The notes: a model not told the origin generated them from the sequence alone. Shown: positions 9,240 through 20,006, counted from the stretch's first letter. The stretch: 37,860 nt of DNA from an uncultured Gammaproteobacteria bacterium (GCA_964604315.1 CAZRYK010000003.1:4105-41964), one strand, 5' to 3'. A program made the numbers and translations.

Positions 9240-11027
9240 GTGGATATTCGCAACATCGCTATTATTGCGCACGTCGACCATGGTAAAACAACGCTTACCG
9301 ATGCCATTTTACGGCAAACCGGCGCGGTTGAGGACGACGCAAGCATGGACAGCAACGCACTAGAAAAAGAGCGTGGCATTACGATTTATTCCAAAAACGC
9401 CGCGGCCATATACAAAGGCACGAAGATTAATATTGTGGACACTCCGGGCCATGCGGATTTTGGCAGTGAAGTGGAACGCGTGTTGCGATCCATCGATTCC
9501 GTGCTTTTGGTTGTCGATGCGCAAGAAGGCCCCATGCCGCAAACACGTTTTGTGTTAAAAAAATCCTTGGCATTGGGATTAAAACCTATTTTAGTCATTA
9601 ACAAAATCGACAAACCCGCCGCAGACATTGAAAAAACGCATAACGAGGTTTTTGATCTTTTTGCCGAACTAGGTGCAACCGACGCGCAATTAGATTTTCC
9701 GGTGGTGTATACGATTGGAAAAAACGGTGTAGCCATGCGCAATGCTTCCGACGAACAGAAAGACATGACACCGCTTTTAGACATGATTTTGGAACACGTG
9801 CCGCTTGCCTCCGGAAAATCCGGTGCGGGTTTTAGCGCACAACCGTTTAATCTTGCATACGACAACTTTTTAGGTCGCATGGCGATTGTTCGTGTGCATA
9901 GCGGGTCGGCTCAACTGAACGATAAAGTCTTTGTGAAAAAACCTACCGGCGAAATTTCGCAACATCGCATTACCAAACTTTTCACCTTCGAAGGAACGCG
10001 TCGCGTGGAAACAGAAACCGTGGAAGCGGGCGACATTGCCATTATCGCCGGACTTCCCGAAGTCTACATTGGCGACACAATTGCCAACACCGAAGACGCA
10101 AAAATGTTAGAGGCTATCGCTGTGGACGAGCCAACCATTAAGCTCTATTTTTTGGTCAACAACTCCCCGTTTGCCGGACGCGAAGGAACCTTTGTCACCA
10201 GCCGGCAATTGCGCGAACGCTTAGAAAAAGAAATCGAAGTGAACGTGGGGCTGAAAGTAGATTTTGATTCAGAAAATACCGAACAATTTACGGTTCAAGG
10301 CCGCGGCGAATTGCATATTGCGATTTTAATAGAAAACATGAAACGCGAAGGGTATGAATTGCAAGTGTCCCAACCCCAAGTGATTTTAAAAGACATCGAC
10401 GGCGTGCGTAGCGAACCCTTCGAAGAAGTCACGGTCGATGTGCCGGAAAATTTCCAGGGCGCGGTGATTGAAAAAATCAACAAACGCGGCGGCACCATGA
10501 CGAATATGCATGCGCATGCGGGCCGTGTGTTTATGACCTTCGAAGCCCCGAGCCGAGGATTGTTAAGTTATCGCAATACGTTTGTCATTGATACCAAAGG
10601 CGAGGGGATTTTTGCCAGCCGTGTGATTGGCTACAAACCGCACGTGGGGGAAATTACCCGCGCCTCAACCGGCTCCATGATTTCTGGCCTCACCGGAAAA
10701 GCTTTAGGCTATGCGTTAGACAATTTGCAAACACGCGGCACATTATATATTGGGCCGACAACGGAGGTATACGAAGGCATGGTCATTGGCAATACGTCGA
10801 AAGACGAACAGATGACCGTGAATCCCATCAAAGGAAAAAAACTTTCGAACATGCGCTCCAAAGCCTCGGATGAAGCGATTATTTTAACGCCGCCAAAACT
10901 TCTGACCATCGAAACCGGCTTAGAGGTGATGGCCGAAGATGAATATTTAGAAGTCACGCCAAAGTCCGTCCGGTTGCGCAAAAAATATTTAACCGAAAAC
11001 GAGCGCAACAAATTCCGCCGAAAATAA
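9240..11027 (+). CDS. typA: Translational GTPase TypA/BipA
   Basis: IRNIAIIAHVDHGKTTL, DTPGHADFG, INKID, EVTPKSVRLRK; likely GTG start at 9240. Confidence 0.97.
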   Translation: MDIRNIAIIAHVDHGKTTLTDAILRQTGAVEDDASMDSNALEKERGITIYSKNAAAIYKGTKINIVDTPGHADFGSEVERVLRSIDSVLLVVDAQEGPMPQTRFVLKKSLALGLKPILVINKIDKPAADIEKTHNEVFDLFAELGATDAQLDFPVVYTIGKNGVAMRNASDEQKDMTPLLDMILEHVPLASGKSGAGFSAQPFNLAYDNFLGRMAIVRVHSGSAQLNDKVFVKKPTGEISQHRITKLFTFEGTRRVETETVEAGDIAIIAGLPEVYIGDTIANTEDAKMLEAIAVDEPTIKLYFLVNNSPFAGREGTFVTSRQLRERLEKEIEVNVGLKVDFDSENTEQFTVQGRGELHIAILIENMKREGYELQVSQPQVILKDIDGVRSEPFEEVTVDVPENFQGAVIEKINKRGGTMTNMHAHAGRVFMTFEAPSRGLLSYRNTFVIDTKGEGIFASRVIGYKPHVGEITRASTGSMISGLTGKALGYALDNLQTRGTLYIGPTTEVYEGMVIGNTSKDEQMTVNPIKGKKLSNMRSKASDEAIILTPPKLLTIETGLEVMAEDEYLEVTPKSVRLRKKYLTENERNKFRRK

Positions 11028-11066
11028 CGGCTGGCCTGCCCTTAAAAGGCGTGGTATAATTCCAAT

Positions 11067-11930
11067 ATGAAAGCGACCCTTGTCCAGACTCGTTTGCAAA
11101 CGGTTTCCAAGGTCAACACCGCAGTTCGCGTAATGGCTGTGGCAAGTTTTTTGGCCGCCGCGAGCGCGTTTTTGGCCGTGAATTTTGAAAGCGACATTAA
11201 TAACTGGTATACGGGCTCTCGCTTGAATGTGACAATTGTCGATGGTACATACGCAACCGATCACGGCGAAGTGCCCTACCGATTATGCTACGCGAAAGAT
11301 ATCAACATCGCCATGAAATACCCCTCGGTGCTTTTTGCGCCAGGCGAAACCATAAACATGAACCGATGGACCGTGGATTGCGCACGCTTAGCCGAACAAG
11401 GCTATGTAACCTTTATGAAAGGCCGCACCGGAGAAAATTATCCGGAATGGGAAGAAGAAGTTGCAAAAGCTGTACAAACCATGAAGACATTCTCGTTTGT
11501 TGACGGCAGGCGTATTGCGGCTATTGCTTCCAGTTTTGGCAATCAAGAAATTCAGAGTTACGGCATTGATCATGCCAATGATTTTCAGTCGTACATTGCG
11601 TTATCTACCTTTAACAACCCCCATGTCATGCTGGGGTCTTTAGAGACATTCGACATTCCCACCATGCTTCTATCTGGCGGCGGCGAAGAACCGGAAGGCG
11701 CACGCGATTGCGATCACGACGCGTATATTTGGTCGCAAGAATTTTCGGAGAAAATGCAAAACGAAAATCCTAAATATTACATTGATTGGAAAGCTTTCGA
11801 CAAAGAAACTTACGGATGTGTTATTCATGGTTACATGTGGGATTTTGGTTCACCGGCTGAAGAAGAATCGCTAGAAATTATTTTGCAAGTTTTAAGTGCA
11901 ACGATCGGCACAGAACCGCGAGAGATTTAA
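11067..11930 (+). CDS. Secreted/anchored alpha/beta hydrolase (dienelactone-hydrolase-like)
   Basis: SVLFAPG, LAEQGYVT, VDGRRIAAIASSFG nucleophile elbow, C-terminal HGY; TGG-TATAAT lies 6 nt before the ATG. Confidence 0.62.
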   Translation: MKATLVQTRLQTVSKVNTAVRVMAVASFLAAASAFLAVNFESDINNWYTGSRLNVTIVDGTYATDHGEVPYRLCYAKDINIAMKYPSVLFAPGETINMNRWTVDCARLAEQGYVTFMKGRTGENYPEWEEEVAKAVQTMKTFSFVDGRRIAAIASSFGNQEIQSYGIDHANDFQSYIALSTFNNPHVMLGSLETFDIPTMLLSGGGEEPEGARDCDHDAYIWSQEFSEKMQNENPKYYIDWKAFDKETYGCVIHGYMWDFGSPAEEESLEIILQVLSATIGTEPREI

Positions 11931-11934
11931 TTTT

Positions 11935-12642
11935 ATGTCTGACATAACATCGCAAAACCCTCACGCCAAAGAATCTGGAAGCCACAATTCCCGACAGCGT
12001 GGCCTGTTATGGGGAGGCGTTATGGCGTTGCTTTTTGCCGCGATTGTTATTTTAGTATGGGCTGGAAAAACGAATTCTGACTCCACAGATACTTCCGCAA
12101 CATCGATTGACACGACAGTTCGCGCCGATGATAATACCAAAGGCAAGACCGACGCCAAAGTCGTGATGATCGAATACAGCGATTTTCAATGCCCGGCGTG
12201 CGCGCTGTATTACCCGGTCGTCAAAAAATTAGAAACAGAATATGCAGACAATCTCCTTATTATCTACCGGCACTTTCCGTTAAAGGGTCGTCACGCGAAT
12301 GCCGAGATTGCTGCTAAAGCGGCCGAGGCTTCTGGGAAACAAGGGAAATTTTTTGACATGCACGATCTGCTATTTGAACGCCAAGAATCCTGGTCAAAGG
12401 AACGCGACCCTAAAGATCTTTTTGTAAGCTACGCCCAAGAACTTGGGTTAAATGTCGAACAATTCAAAACCGACTTGGATAGTGAAGATGCCAAAAACCA
12501 AGTAGATGCCGATTATCGCGACGGCATTAAAGGCGGCGTGAATGCCACACCGACGTTTTTTGTGAACGGCGAAATCGTTGTAAATCCCAATGGCTACGAA
12601 GGGTTGAAAGCCGCGATTGATCAAGAATTGCAAAATCCATGA
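11935..12642 (+). CDS. dsbA: DsbA family thiol-disulfide oxidoreductase
   Basis: EYSDFQCPAC, YRHFPL, cis-Pro loop GVNATPTFFVNG, N-terminal TM. Confidence 0.92.
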   Translation: MSDITSQNPHAKESGSHNSRQRGLLWGGVMALLFAAIVILVWAGKTNSDSTDTSATSIDTTVRADDNTKGKTDAKVVMIEYSDFQCPACALYYPVVKKLETEYADNLLIIYRHFPLKGRHANAEIAAKAAEASGKQGKFFDMHDLLFERQESWSKERDPKDLFVSYAQELGLNVEQFKTDLDSEDAKNQVDADYRDGIKGGVNATPTFFVNGEIVVNPNGYEGLKAAIDQELQNP

Positions 12643-13115
12643 GAGCAAGGGAATTTTTTCAGGTAAATGTGCGCCATTTTTCCGGAACACTTAAAGGCCT
12701 GGCATCGGTGATGTCGGCGTTAAGTTTCTTGGGTTTTTTAGATGCCACATACTTGACTGTGAAACATTTTCAAAACACGGTGCCGCCCTGCACACTTCTT
12801 TCGGGTTGTGAAACCGTCACCACCAGCAACTATGCAGAAATTTTTGGCATCCCGGTCGCATTATTAGGCACCATTTATTATCTGACCGTTTTTCTTCTCA
12901 CGATTATTTATTTTGATACCACAAAAGAGAGCGTTCTTAAAACCGCGGCGTATTTGAGCTTTATTGGACTTCTCGCGTCAGGTTGGTTTGTCTTTGCGCA
13001 AGCGTTTCTTTTAGGCGCATGGTGCCTCTACTGCTTATTTTCTTCCATCACCTCCACCCTCCTCTTCCTCACGGGCTTAGGAATTCTGGTTTTCGACCCC
13101 GGAGAAGAAATTTGA
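12639..13115 (+). CDS. Vitamin K epoxide reductase (VKOR) family protein, DsbB analogue
   Basis: CTLLSGCETV loop cysteines, WCLYC CxxC; overlaps the dsbA stop by 4 nt. Confidence 0.92.
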   Translation: MRAREFFQVNVRHFSGTLKGLASVMSALSFLGFLDATYLTVKHFQNTVPPCTLLSGCETVTTSNYAEIFGIPVALLGTIYYLTVFLLTIIYFDTTKESVLKTAAYLSFIGLLASGWFVFAQAFLLGAWCLYCLFSSITSTLLFLTGLGILVFDPGEEI

Positions 13116-13142
13116 ATCAGCAGTCAAAAAATTAGAGAAACT

Positions 13143-13222
13143 AAAGCGATTCGGTTGGCGTTAAGGAGTCACTCGCCGGAGGGCACCAATGTAGTGACTC
13201 CGTACGCCAAGCGGATCGCTTT
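13143..13222 (+). repeat. Structured intergenic motif, copy A (three stacked stems)
   Basis: AAAGCGATTCG/CGGATCGCTTT, TTGGCGT/ACGCCAA and GGAGTCACT/AGTGACTCC stems; homologous to 35519-35594. Confidence 0.8.
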
Positions 13223-13243
13223 TTCTATCGCCGATCGCTAAAG

Positions 13244-14551
13244 TTAATAATCCTTTAGTTTGCGCATATCGACATGGTCTTTGATTTTCTCCAAGGCCTT
13301 TGCTTCAATTTGCCGAATGCGTTCACGCGTCACGCCAAATTCCTGGCCCACTTCTTCTAAGGTGTGCGCAATGCCATCGTCTAAACCAAACCGCATTTCC
13401 AAAATCTTTTGTTCGCGCGGCGTTAAGTCTCCAATAATCGATCGCACATGATCGCGCAACAATTCTAACGACGCGGCGCGGTCTGGCGTGACGGTAGTGG
13501 TGTCTTCAATAAAGTCACCCAAAATGGAATCTTCATCGTCTTCCCCAACGGATGTTTCTAACGACACGGTGTCTTGCGAAATTTTAATAATATGGTGAAT
13601 CTTTTCTACCGGCTCGCCCATTTCTGCGGCAATTTCTTCGGGCATGGGTTCCCGGCCCAAAGATTGAATCAACTGACGCTCAATTTGCTGAAACTTATTG
13701 ATGGTTTCCACCATGTGCACCGGAATCCGAATCGTGCGCGATTGGTCGGCTAACGAACGGGTAATGGCTTGGCGAATCCACCACGTGGCATAGGTTGAAA
13801 ATTTATAACCCTTGCGATAATCAAATTTTTCCACGGCACGAAACAACCCCACGTTGCCTTCTTGAATTAAATCCAAAAGCGTTAATGCCCCGCCGGTAAA
13901 TTTTTTGGCAATCGAAACCACCAACCGCAAGTTGGCTTCAATCAATCTCTTTTTGGCTTCTTCATCGCCCATTTCTTTGCGTTTCGCCAACGCGATTTCT
14001 TCTTTTCCGCTCAACAAGGGAACTTTTCCAATTTCGCGCAAATACATTTGAATGGAATCCGAGGCAATGTCCCCAAGATCAAAACGTTTTTCGGTTTCAT
14101 CGGCTTGTTTTTTCTTTTCCGCATTCCGTTCTTTCAATGTTTTCAAACGTAAAATCGGTTTGGCAAGCAAATCCGGTTCGGTTTCTTTTAACTCAATGCC
14201 TTGCAGTTCCAGATCGTCTAACAATTCCTCATAGCGATCCAAATGCTGATCGACATTGGGCCATAAATAGAGTATTTCGTTTTCGGTAATAAATCCGCGT
14301 GAACGGCCTTTGCGAATCAACAGCGCCACCACGTCATCGACACTCATTACCTGCGGGCTTTCTTGGCGAGCGTATGCTTTCGGCGTCAAGGAAGAAACTT
14401 TACCCGCGTGACGTTTACGAGCGTGACGTTTACGCGCACCGATTCTTTTCCCATTCTTTTTGGCTATTCTTTTTTTCCGCGGGATAATACGTTTTTTTCG
14501 TGACAATGGTTGTCGCGGATGCTTTTTGTTTTTCTTCGCGTTTTTGGACAT
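13244..14551 (-). CDS. rpoD: RNA polymerase primary sigma factor with K/R-rich N-terminal extension
   Basis: [54 protein letters not shown]; likely ATG 14551. Confidence 0.97.
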   Translation of the reverse strand: MSKNAKKNKKHPRQPLSRKKRIIPRKKRIAKKNGKRIGARKRHARKRHAGKVSSLTPKAYARQESPQVMSVDDVVALLIRKGRSRGFITENEILYLWPNVDQHLDRYEELLDDLELQGIELKETEPDLLAKPILRLKTLKERNAEKKKQADETEKRFDLGDIASDSIQMYLREIGKVPLLSGKEEIALAKRKEMGDEEAKKRLIEANLRLVVSIAKKFTGGALTLLDLIQEGNVGLFRAVEKFDYRKGYKFSTYATWWIRQAITRSLADQSRTIRIPVHMVETINKFQQIERQLIQSLGREPMPEEIAAEMGEPVEKIHHIIKISQDTVSLETSVGEDDEDSILGDFIEDTTTVTPDRAASLELLRDHVRSIIGDLTPREQKILEMRFGLDDGIAHTLEEVGQEFGVTRERIRQIEAKALEKIKDHVDMRKLKDY

Positions 14552-14578
14552 GAGGGTAAAAGGACAATAATGAAACAC

Positions 14579-16366
14579 CTACATAGAACGTCGCAACGCA
14601 TTATTTAACCGAGCGCTCTCGGCCATAAGGCGATGGAATTCTTCTGAAGATGCTTTCGCAGGGTTACCCTCTAAATGTCGAATATGGTTTTCGATCTCTC
14701 GCAGGTCTTTTTTGATTTTTGCCCGGGTTAAGAGCTGTAAACGTATAGAAAGCTCATGTTGGATTTCAATGAAATCCTTTGAGTCTGTAAGCTCACCCCC
14801 CAAGATTTGCAATGACCGAACGAGGTCGACAAACGATTTATGTAAATGGTCGACGAAAGAGGTTTCCGTATTCGAAGCGTTTGCAGTATAGTATAAAACC
14901 ATTTCTTTGTAAAGTTCTTGGTGCAACTTTTGTGAAAACAACGTGGGTTCCACGTCTTTCATCACTTGGTCAAGCATTTCGGGCTTCGCAATAAGCACGG
15001 CCAAAATATATTCCGCGGCGCTGTCGATAGCGGTAAGATGCTCTTCGCCAACAGCATTTTTTGTTCCCACGGGTTGTTGAAACGTGCGCGGGTCTTTGAG
15101 CCGAAGCAAAAGTTCATGTAAATCTTCGCGCCGCACGGCCATGCGATCCGCAAGACGATCAATATAATACGTGCGCTCCATGGCGTTGGGGATTTTCCGT
15201 ATTTCGGTAAGGAGTTTTACCGCGGCTTTCTTTTTTTGGTCAATATCTTTCATGTCGATGTTGCCTAACACCGCGGTGATTAAATATTCCATCACCGGCA
15301 CCGCCTGCTCAATGGCTTTTTGAAAACTTTCAGGATTTTTTTGAATGCATTCATCCGGGTCTTTGCCAAACGGCAAAATAACGGCCTTCACGGCAATGTC
15401 GTAACGTTGCACAACATCTAAACCCCTGCGCGCCGCTTCAAAGCCCGCGCTGTCTGCGTCAAAACAAAACGCCAACGTGGTGGCATACCGCGAAAGCAAA
15501 CGTACTTGAGCTTCGGTTAATGCGGTTCCAGAGACTGCGACCACATTGGTAAATCCGTGTTGGTGGCTGGAAAGCACATCCATTTGACCTTCGACCAAAA
15601 CCGCCATGCCCGTGGTACGGATTTTTTGCTTGGCTTTGTCTAACGCATACACCATGCGGCTTTTGTCATACAACAGCGTTTGCGGCGAGTTCACATATTT
15701 ACCGCCCTGCTGGTCAGCGCTTAAAATGCGGCCGGTGAAACCCACAACGTTGCCTTGATGATCTTGCAGAGGGAACATTAAGCGTTTGCGGAAACGGTCA
15801 AAGTTGCGGCCGCCTTTGCCTTCCAAAATTAAACCCGCTTCGCGCATTTCTTGTGGTGTGAACCCGCGTTTTTTTAAAAACGTCAACAGCGCATCCCATT
15901 GGTCTGGGGCATACCCCAATTTAAATTGATCCACGGTTAAGGGTTCAATTTTCCGTTCTTTAATGTAGTTGCGCGCAATGGTTCCTTCTTGGGATTTATG
16001 CAACGCCGCAACATAAAAATCGCTTGCGGATTGCAAACAATCGAGCAAACGGGTTTTGTGATTCACCACGCGCGGGTCAAAACGTTCAATTTTTACCCCG
16101 GCCCGCTCGGCTAATAATCTTAAGGTCTCGGGAAACTCCAACCCCTCGATTTTTTGAATAAACGAAAACACGTCGCCGCCTTCGCTACAGCCAAAACAAT
16201 GCCAAATTTGTTTATCTTGCGACACGGTAAAAGATGGAGTTTTCTCATTGTGAAAAGGACATAAACCTTTATAGTTCGTGCCCGCTTTCTTGAGCTGAAC
16301 ATACTCCTTGACCACATCGTAGATGTCGATTCGTGTTTTGACCTCCTCTACGGTTCTGTCAGACAT
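14579..16366 (-). CDS. dnaG: DNA primase
   Basis: Zinc finger CPFHNEKTPSF...WHCFGC, KYVNSP, TOPRIM VEGQMDV and FDADSAG; likely ATG 16366. Confidence 0.97.
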   Translation of the reverse strand: MSDRTVEEVKTRIDIYDVVKEYVQLKKAGTNYKGLCPFHNEKTPSFTVSQDKQIWHCFGCSEGGDVFSFIQKIEGLEFPETLRLLAERAGVKIERFDPRVVNHKTRLLDCLQSASDFYVAALHKSQEGTIARNYIKERKIEPLTVDQFKLGYAPDQWDALLTFLKKRGFTPQEMREAGLILEGKGGRNFDRFRKRLMFPLQDHQGNVVGFTGRILSADQQGGKYVNSPQTLLYDKSRMVYALDKAKQKIRTTGMAVLVEGQMDVLSSHQHGFTNVVAVSGTALTEAQVRLLSRYATTLAFCFDADSAGFEAARRGLDVVQRYDIAVKAVILPFGKDPDECIQKNPESFQKAIEQAVPVMEYLITAVLGNIDMKDIDQKKKAAVKLLTEIRKIPNAMERTYYIDRLADRMAVRREDLHELLLRLKDPRTFQQPVGTKNAVGEEHLTAIDSAAEYILAVLIAKPEMLDQVMKDVEPTLFSQKLHQELYKEMVLYYTANASNTETSFVDHLHKSFVDLVRSLQILGGELTDSKDFIEIQHELSIRLQLLTRAKIKKDLREIENHIRHLEGNPAKASSEEFHRLMAESARLNNALRRSM

Positions 16367-16509
16367 AGCGTACTTACTATAAAGGAGCGGGCGGCATTTG
16401 TCCAACACCAGGTGTTTGACATGCGCTATGATGGGTGGCGCCGCAGAAAACTTTTTTTTGAAAGTCTCTACGGCGCCGATCTACCTCCTTTACCCGCCTT
16501 CGCAGAAAA

Positions 16510-16573
16510 CTCTGGGCTTTAGCCCAGAGATGAATACGAGCGGGTATCCTCCGAAGCCTTGCGCGAAGGAGGA
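16510..16573. repeat. Two adjacent REP-like palindromes
   Basis: CTCTGGGCT-TT-AGCCCAGAG (16510-16529) and TCCTCC-GAAGCCTTGCGCGAA-GGAGGA (16547-16573). Confidence 0.5.
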
Positions 16574-16574
16574 T

Positions 16575-17870
16575 TCACTGAAGCTTCTGCATCGCAACCG
16601 CGGGGTTGTCGCCTCCGACGCGGTAGTCGAGCCAGGACACGATGCAACTGCCGTCTGCTCCCAACAGCACAGCGGCTTTCCGTTGCGGCATGGCAGTGTC
16701 GGAAACTCCGACGCCGTCTTGCGCCCACCGCGCCGTATTGGTGTTGTTGAACGCTTGCACATACACGGTCTCGTTGTCGCGACCGTTCCGATCGTCTGTC
16801 CATGCGGTGTAGACGAAAGTTTCGGACGCCACGGCTTGCAGATCGTCGATGAGCTTTGCCGGAAGACGATGCGCCCACGACATGCCAACATTGTGTCCGG
16901 AGAAATCGCGGATCACACTGCACAGACTATCATTCTGACTCCACGCAATGAACGTGTTGTCCTGAAACGCCGTCGAGGCATGGGTGCGCAAAGAGCCGCT
17001 TGTGACGGTGATCGTCTTTGCAGGCCAGAACCGAAAGTTCCCCTGCACGTCCAGAATCTGAAACCGGAGCGCGGTGCGACCATCGCTTTGCAGTTCGCGA
17101 TAGGTGATAGCAACGTACCCGGGTTCGGATTCCGACAGCCGCGCGTTGCTGGCAAAGTTCGCGTTCGGCGTTACGTCCATGCCGTTCACCGGGAACAGCC
17201 ACTGGCGATTGGTGGTGTCATAGCTTTGAGCGTACACATGCGGATGCATTTCGTCGCGCCAGTCGGTCCAGGCCCAAAACACCACATCGTTGTTGCGGCA
17301 AACCCGAACGTCCATGAGGGCGCCGGCATGCGCACAGATAGTGGCAACATTCAGCGCGGTGTCGTCAACGAACGCGGCCGTAATGGCGCGTGTTGCACTG
17401 TCGGCAATCCATGTGATGACAGTTCCTTCCGGCGTTGCGATTGCCGAAAGTTCCGCCACCCCGCCGCGTGCTTCTGCGATCAGGGTTTCGGAAATGGTGT
17501 CAGTGGAAACGCGCAACGAAACCACCGACCAGTCATTGCCGTTGAGCGACTCGCGGAACACGACGCGGTTGCCGGCTATGCACGGATTGGTCTGAATGCC
17601 TTCGCGGCCCAACCGCATGCCGGTGTTGCCGAACAGCTTTCGCCCGTCGGTCGTCACCATCTGTACGGCGATATCCGGATCGGATCCGCTGTCGTCTTGC
17701 CATGCGATGACGGCGCCCTCCTTGTGTGTCTGCATGCTGGGCACATACTGCCCGTTGCCGTGATCGGCGACCAAGATGCCCATGGCGCCCCATTCTCGTG
17801 GGTCATGGGTCTCTTGCACAGGCGCGACTTGCCCGCACATCAGCAGGGTATACAACCATGCGGTGAACAT
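16575..17870 (-). CDS. Secreted repeat protein, probable beta-propeller; GC-rich
   Basis: About 6 repeats of hhxW-x-D(x)R...(V/I)YxQ; signal-like N-terminus; GGAG 8 nt before the ATG. Confidence 0.75.
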   Translation of the reverse strand: MFTAWLYTLLMCGQVAPVQETHDPREWGAMGILVADHGNGQYVPSMQTHKEGAVIAWQDDSGSDPDIAVQMVTTDGRKLFGNTGMRLGREGIQTNPCIAGNRVVFRESLNGNDWSVVSLRVSTDTISETLIAEARGGVAELSAIATPEGTVITWIADSATRAITAAFVDDTALNVATICAHAGALMDVRVCRNNDVVFWAWTDWRDEMHPHVYAQSYDTTNRQWLFPVNGMDVTPNANFASNARLSESEPGYVAITYRELQSDGRTALRFQILDVQGNFRFWPAKTITVTSGSLRTHASTAFQDNTFIAWSQNDSLCSVIRDFSGHNVGMSWAHRLPAKLIDDLQAVASETFVYTAWTDDRNGRDNETVYVQAFNNTNTARWAQDGVGVSDTAMPQRKAAVLLGADGSCIVSWLDYRVGGDNPAVAMQKLQ

Positions 17871-17968
17871 TGCGTTGTCTCCAGAAAAATGCCCAATATC
17901 AAAGAGCGCTCTTCGTGTTTCGAAGAACGCCCTACAGACATCTTAACACATCAATCAAAAAATACAAA

Positions 17969-18838
17969 TTAATCCTGTGGATGACTCTTAATGATCAGAT
18001 GCCTCATTAATGATCTCTGCAATACCTTGATTCTGTCGTCCCCGGCTCCCATGGCCCCTTGAAAAATCTTTTCAAAACCCCCTCCCTCCAGTTCTTTTAG
18101 CATCGCTTCCGATATACCTCCCTTTGTGGCAATCGTTTTGATCAACGCCGAGGGAAATTTCTTGGATGCATAAAGATGCGTCAGCGTTCCTGTAAATGTT
18201 TGCAAAACGACCCGCAAGGCTATTTCTGGCGGCAAGCCTGCCTTTACTCCAGAACGGACAAAAACCTCAATACATTTCAAGACCACTGCCGGACCACACC
18301 CCGAAATAAGTGTTAGAACATCTAAATCGTCTTCTTGTTCCACCTCCACGAGACACCCCAATTTTTCCATGACCTTAAAAAAAACTTTTCTTTCTTTGCT
18401 ACGAAAACAATCAGGCGCAAACACGCCAATAACCCCCTCATTATGAGCAATAGCAATATTAGGCATCATGCGTATAAATTGTGAACGGATGTTCGGCGCA
18501 TAACTTTTAAGAAGTTGCAACTTAACTCCCGCGGCAAAAGAGACAATCAATTTTCCATCGATAGACTTTTTGACTTCCCTCATAACCTCTTGCACTGTCT
18601 TTGGCTTAACTGCAAGAAAAATCCAGTCCGCGTTGCTAACCGCTATTCGATTATTCTTCGAAACGTTGATACTAAATTCTTTTTTTATTGCTTGAAGGTG
18701 AATACCCAGTGGATTGGATACGGTAATGCACCGAGGATGAACAATGCCGCCACGAGCAAGGCCAGCCACAAGCGCTTGAGCAATGTTCCCTGACCCTATG
18801 ATGGTTATTTTTTTATTCTCTAATCTGTCCGTTGCCAT
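17969..18838 (-). CDS. proC: Pyrroline-5-carboxylate reductase
   Basis: IIGSGNIAQAL, FLAVKP, IRMMPN, LISGCGPA, IATKGGIS. Confidence 0.95.
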   Translation of the reverse strand: MATDRLENKKITIIGSGNIAQALVAGLARGGIVHPRCITVSNPLGIHLQAIKKEFSINVSKNNRIAVSNADWIFLAVKPKTVQEVMREVKKSIDGKLIVSFAAGVKLQLLKSYAPNIRSQFIRMMPNIAIAHNEGVIGVFAPDCFRSKERKVFFKVMEKLGCLVEVEQEDDLDVLTLISGCGPAVVLKCIEVFVRSGVKAGLPPEIALRVVLQTFTGTLTHLYASKKFPSALIKTIATKGGISEAMLKELEGGGFEKIFQGAMGAGDDRIKVLQRSLMRHLIIKSHPQD

Positions 18839-20006
18839 ACATTTTCCATTTATAAGTTAATAATTCTTGTAAACCAATGGGCCCGCGTCCGTGAAGTTTA
18901 CCGGTGGCAATTCCCATCTCTGCACCTAGTCCAAAAACATACCCATCATGCAAGCGCGTCGAACAGTTAACAAAAATGGCGGCCGCATCAATCGCATGAG
19001 TAAACGTCTCGATGACTTTTTTATCGGCGGCAATAATACCTTCAGAGTGTTTTTTACCGTAACGATTTATGAACACGATTGCCTCTTCGAGATTCTTAAC
19101 GATTTTGATTGCGATCTTCAAATCTAAAAATTCTTTTTTATACGCTTTTTCGCCTTTCATTATTCTTACACCCGACTGAAATAAATCTTTCGTGAGCATG
19201 GGGACGAACGCTCCGGCAACAGCTTGATGAACAACAACGGCATCGAGTGCGTTGCACGCCGATGGCTTGCTTGTCTTTGCATTGATAATAATGCGCCTCG
19301 CTATGGCAAGATCTGCGCTTTGATCTATATAGATCCTCGCTCCTCCGGCGGAGTGCGCTAGAACGGGAATAAGGGATTGCTTTTGCACAGCTTTTACAAG
19401 ATCATAACCGCCGCGGGCAATAACTAAATCAATAAATGTATCCTCGCGCATTATTTTATTAACTTCCTGCCTCGTTTCTATACAAGTTACCGTTTTTTCA
19501 CTCATCCCAGATTCTTTAAGAGATCGCGCAATGCATGCACAAAGCTCGCGATTGGTGTTCAGCGCTTCAGAACCCCCCTTAAGAACAGCGCCATTGCCAG
19601 ATTTTATACAAAGCGCGGCAACCTCGACTGTTACTTCGGGCCGAGATTCATAAATAACTAAAATAACACCAAGGGGCACGGCCATTTTATTCACCACTAA
19701 TCCCTTTTTGATCTTTTTCTTTTCTATTATCCGCCCCACGCCGCTATGGAGTTTGCCCACCGCCCTTAGTTCCTTGAGCATCTGAATAATACCCTTGCTG
19801 TCCAGCTTTAATCGTTCGATCATTGGAGCGGCCATTCCTTCTTTTTTTGCCTTCAAGAGATCTTTCTTATTCGCTTCAATAATGTGTTGTCGCCGCTCAT
19901 GAATAATTTTTCCGAGCTTCAACAGACACGCATTTCTTGCCTCTTCCGACGTTTCAGAAAGCAGTTGCGCAGATTTTTGCAGTTCTTTTAACGCTTGTTT
20001 ATTCAT
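18813..20006 (-). CDS. proA: Gamma-glutamyl phosphate reductase
   Basis: VPLGVILVIYESRPEVT, LKGGSEA, PSACNALD (catalytic Cys), VNCSTRLHDG, EMGIATGKLHGRGPIGL. Confidence 0.96.
   Translation of the reverse strand: MNKQALKELQKSAQLLSETSEEARNACLLKLGKIIHERRQHIIEANKKDLLKAKKEGMAAPMIERLKLDSKGIIQMLKELRAVGKLHSGVGRIIEKKKIKKGLVVNKMAVPLGVILVIYESRPEVTVEVAALCIKSGNGAVLKGGSEALNTNRELCACIARSLKESGMSEKTVTCIETRQEVNKIMREDTFIDLVIARGGYDLVKAVQKQSLIPVLAHSAGGARIYIDQSADLAIARRIIINAKTSKPSACNALDAVVVHQAVAGAFVPMLTKDLFQSGVRIMKGEKAYKKEFLDLKIAIKIVKNLEEAIVFINRYGKKHSEGIIAADKKVIETFTHAIDAAAIFVNCSTRLHDGYVFGLGAEMGIATGKLHGRGPIGLQELLTYKWKMYGNGQIRE

Noticed and set aside
16438-16474. Long hairpin upstream of dnaG (CGCCGTAGAGACTTT/AAAGTTTTCTGCGGCG on the minus strand) and an orphan AAAGGAGGT near 16480-16488
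   Set aside because: No start codon at SD distance and no second copy; most simply a local terminator-like or remnant structure.
16398-17972. 524-aa + strand ORF antisense to the beta-propeller gene
   Set aside because: It is in exact codon-mirror register with the GC-rich minus-strand gene, an expected shadow ORF. It has a TTG start, no motifs and an Arg/Val/His-rich composition.
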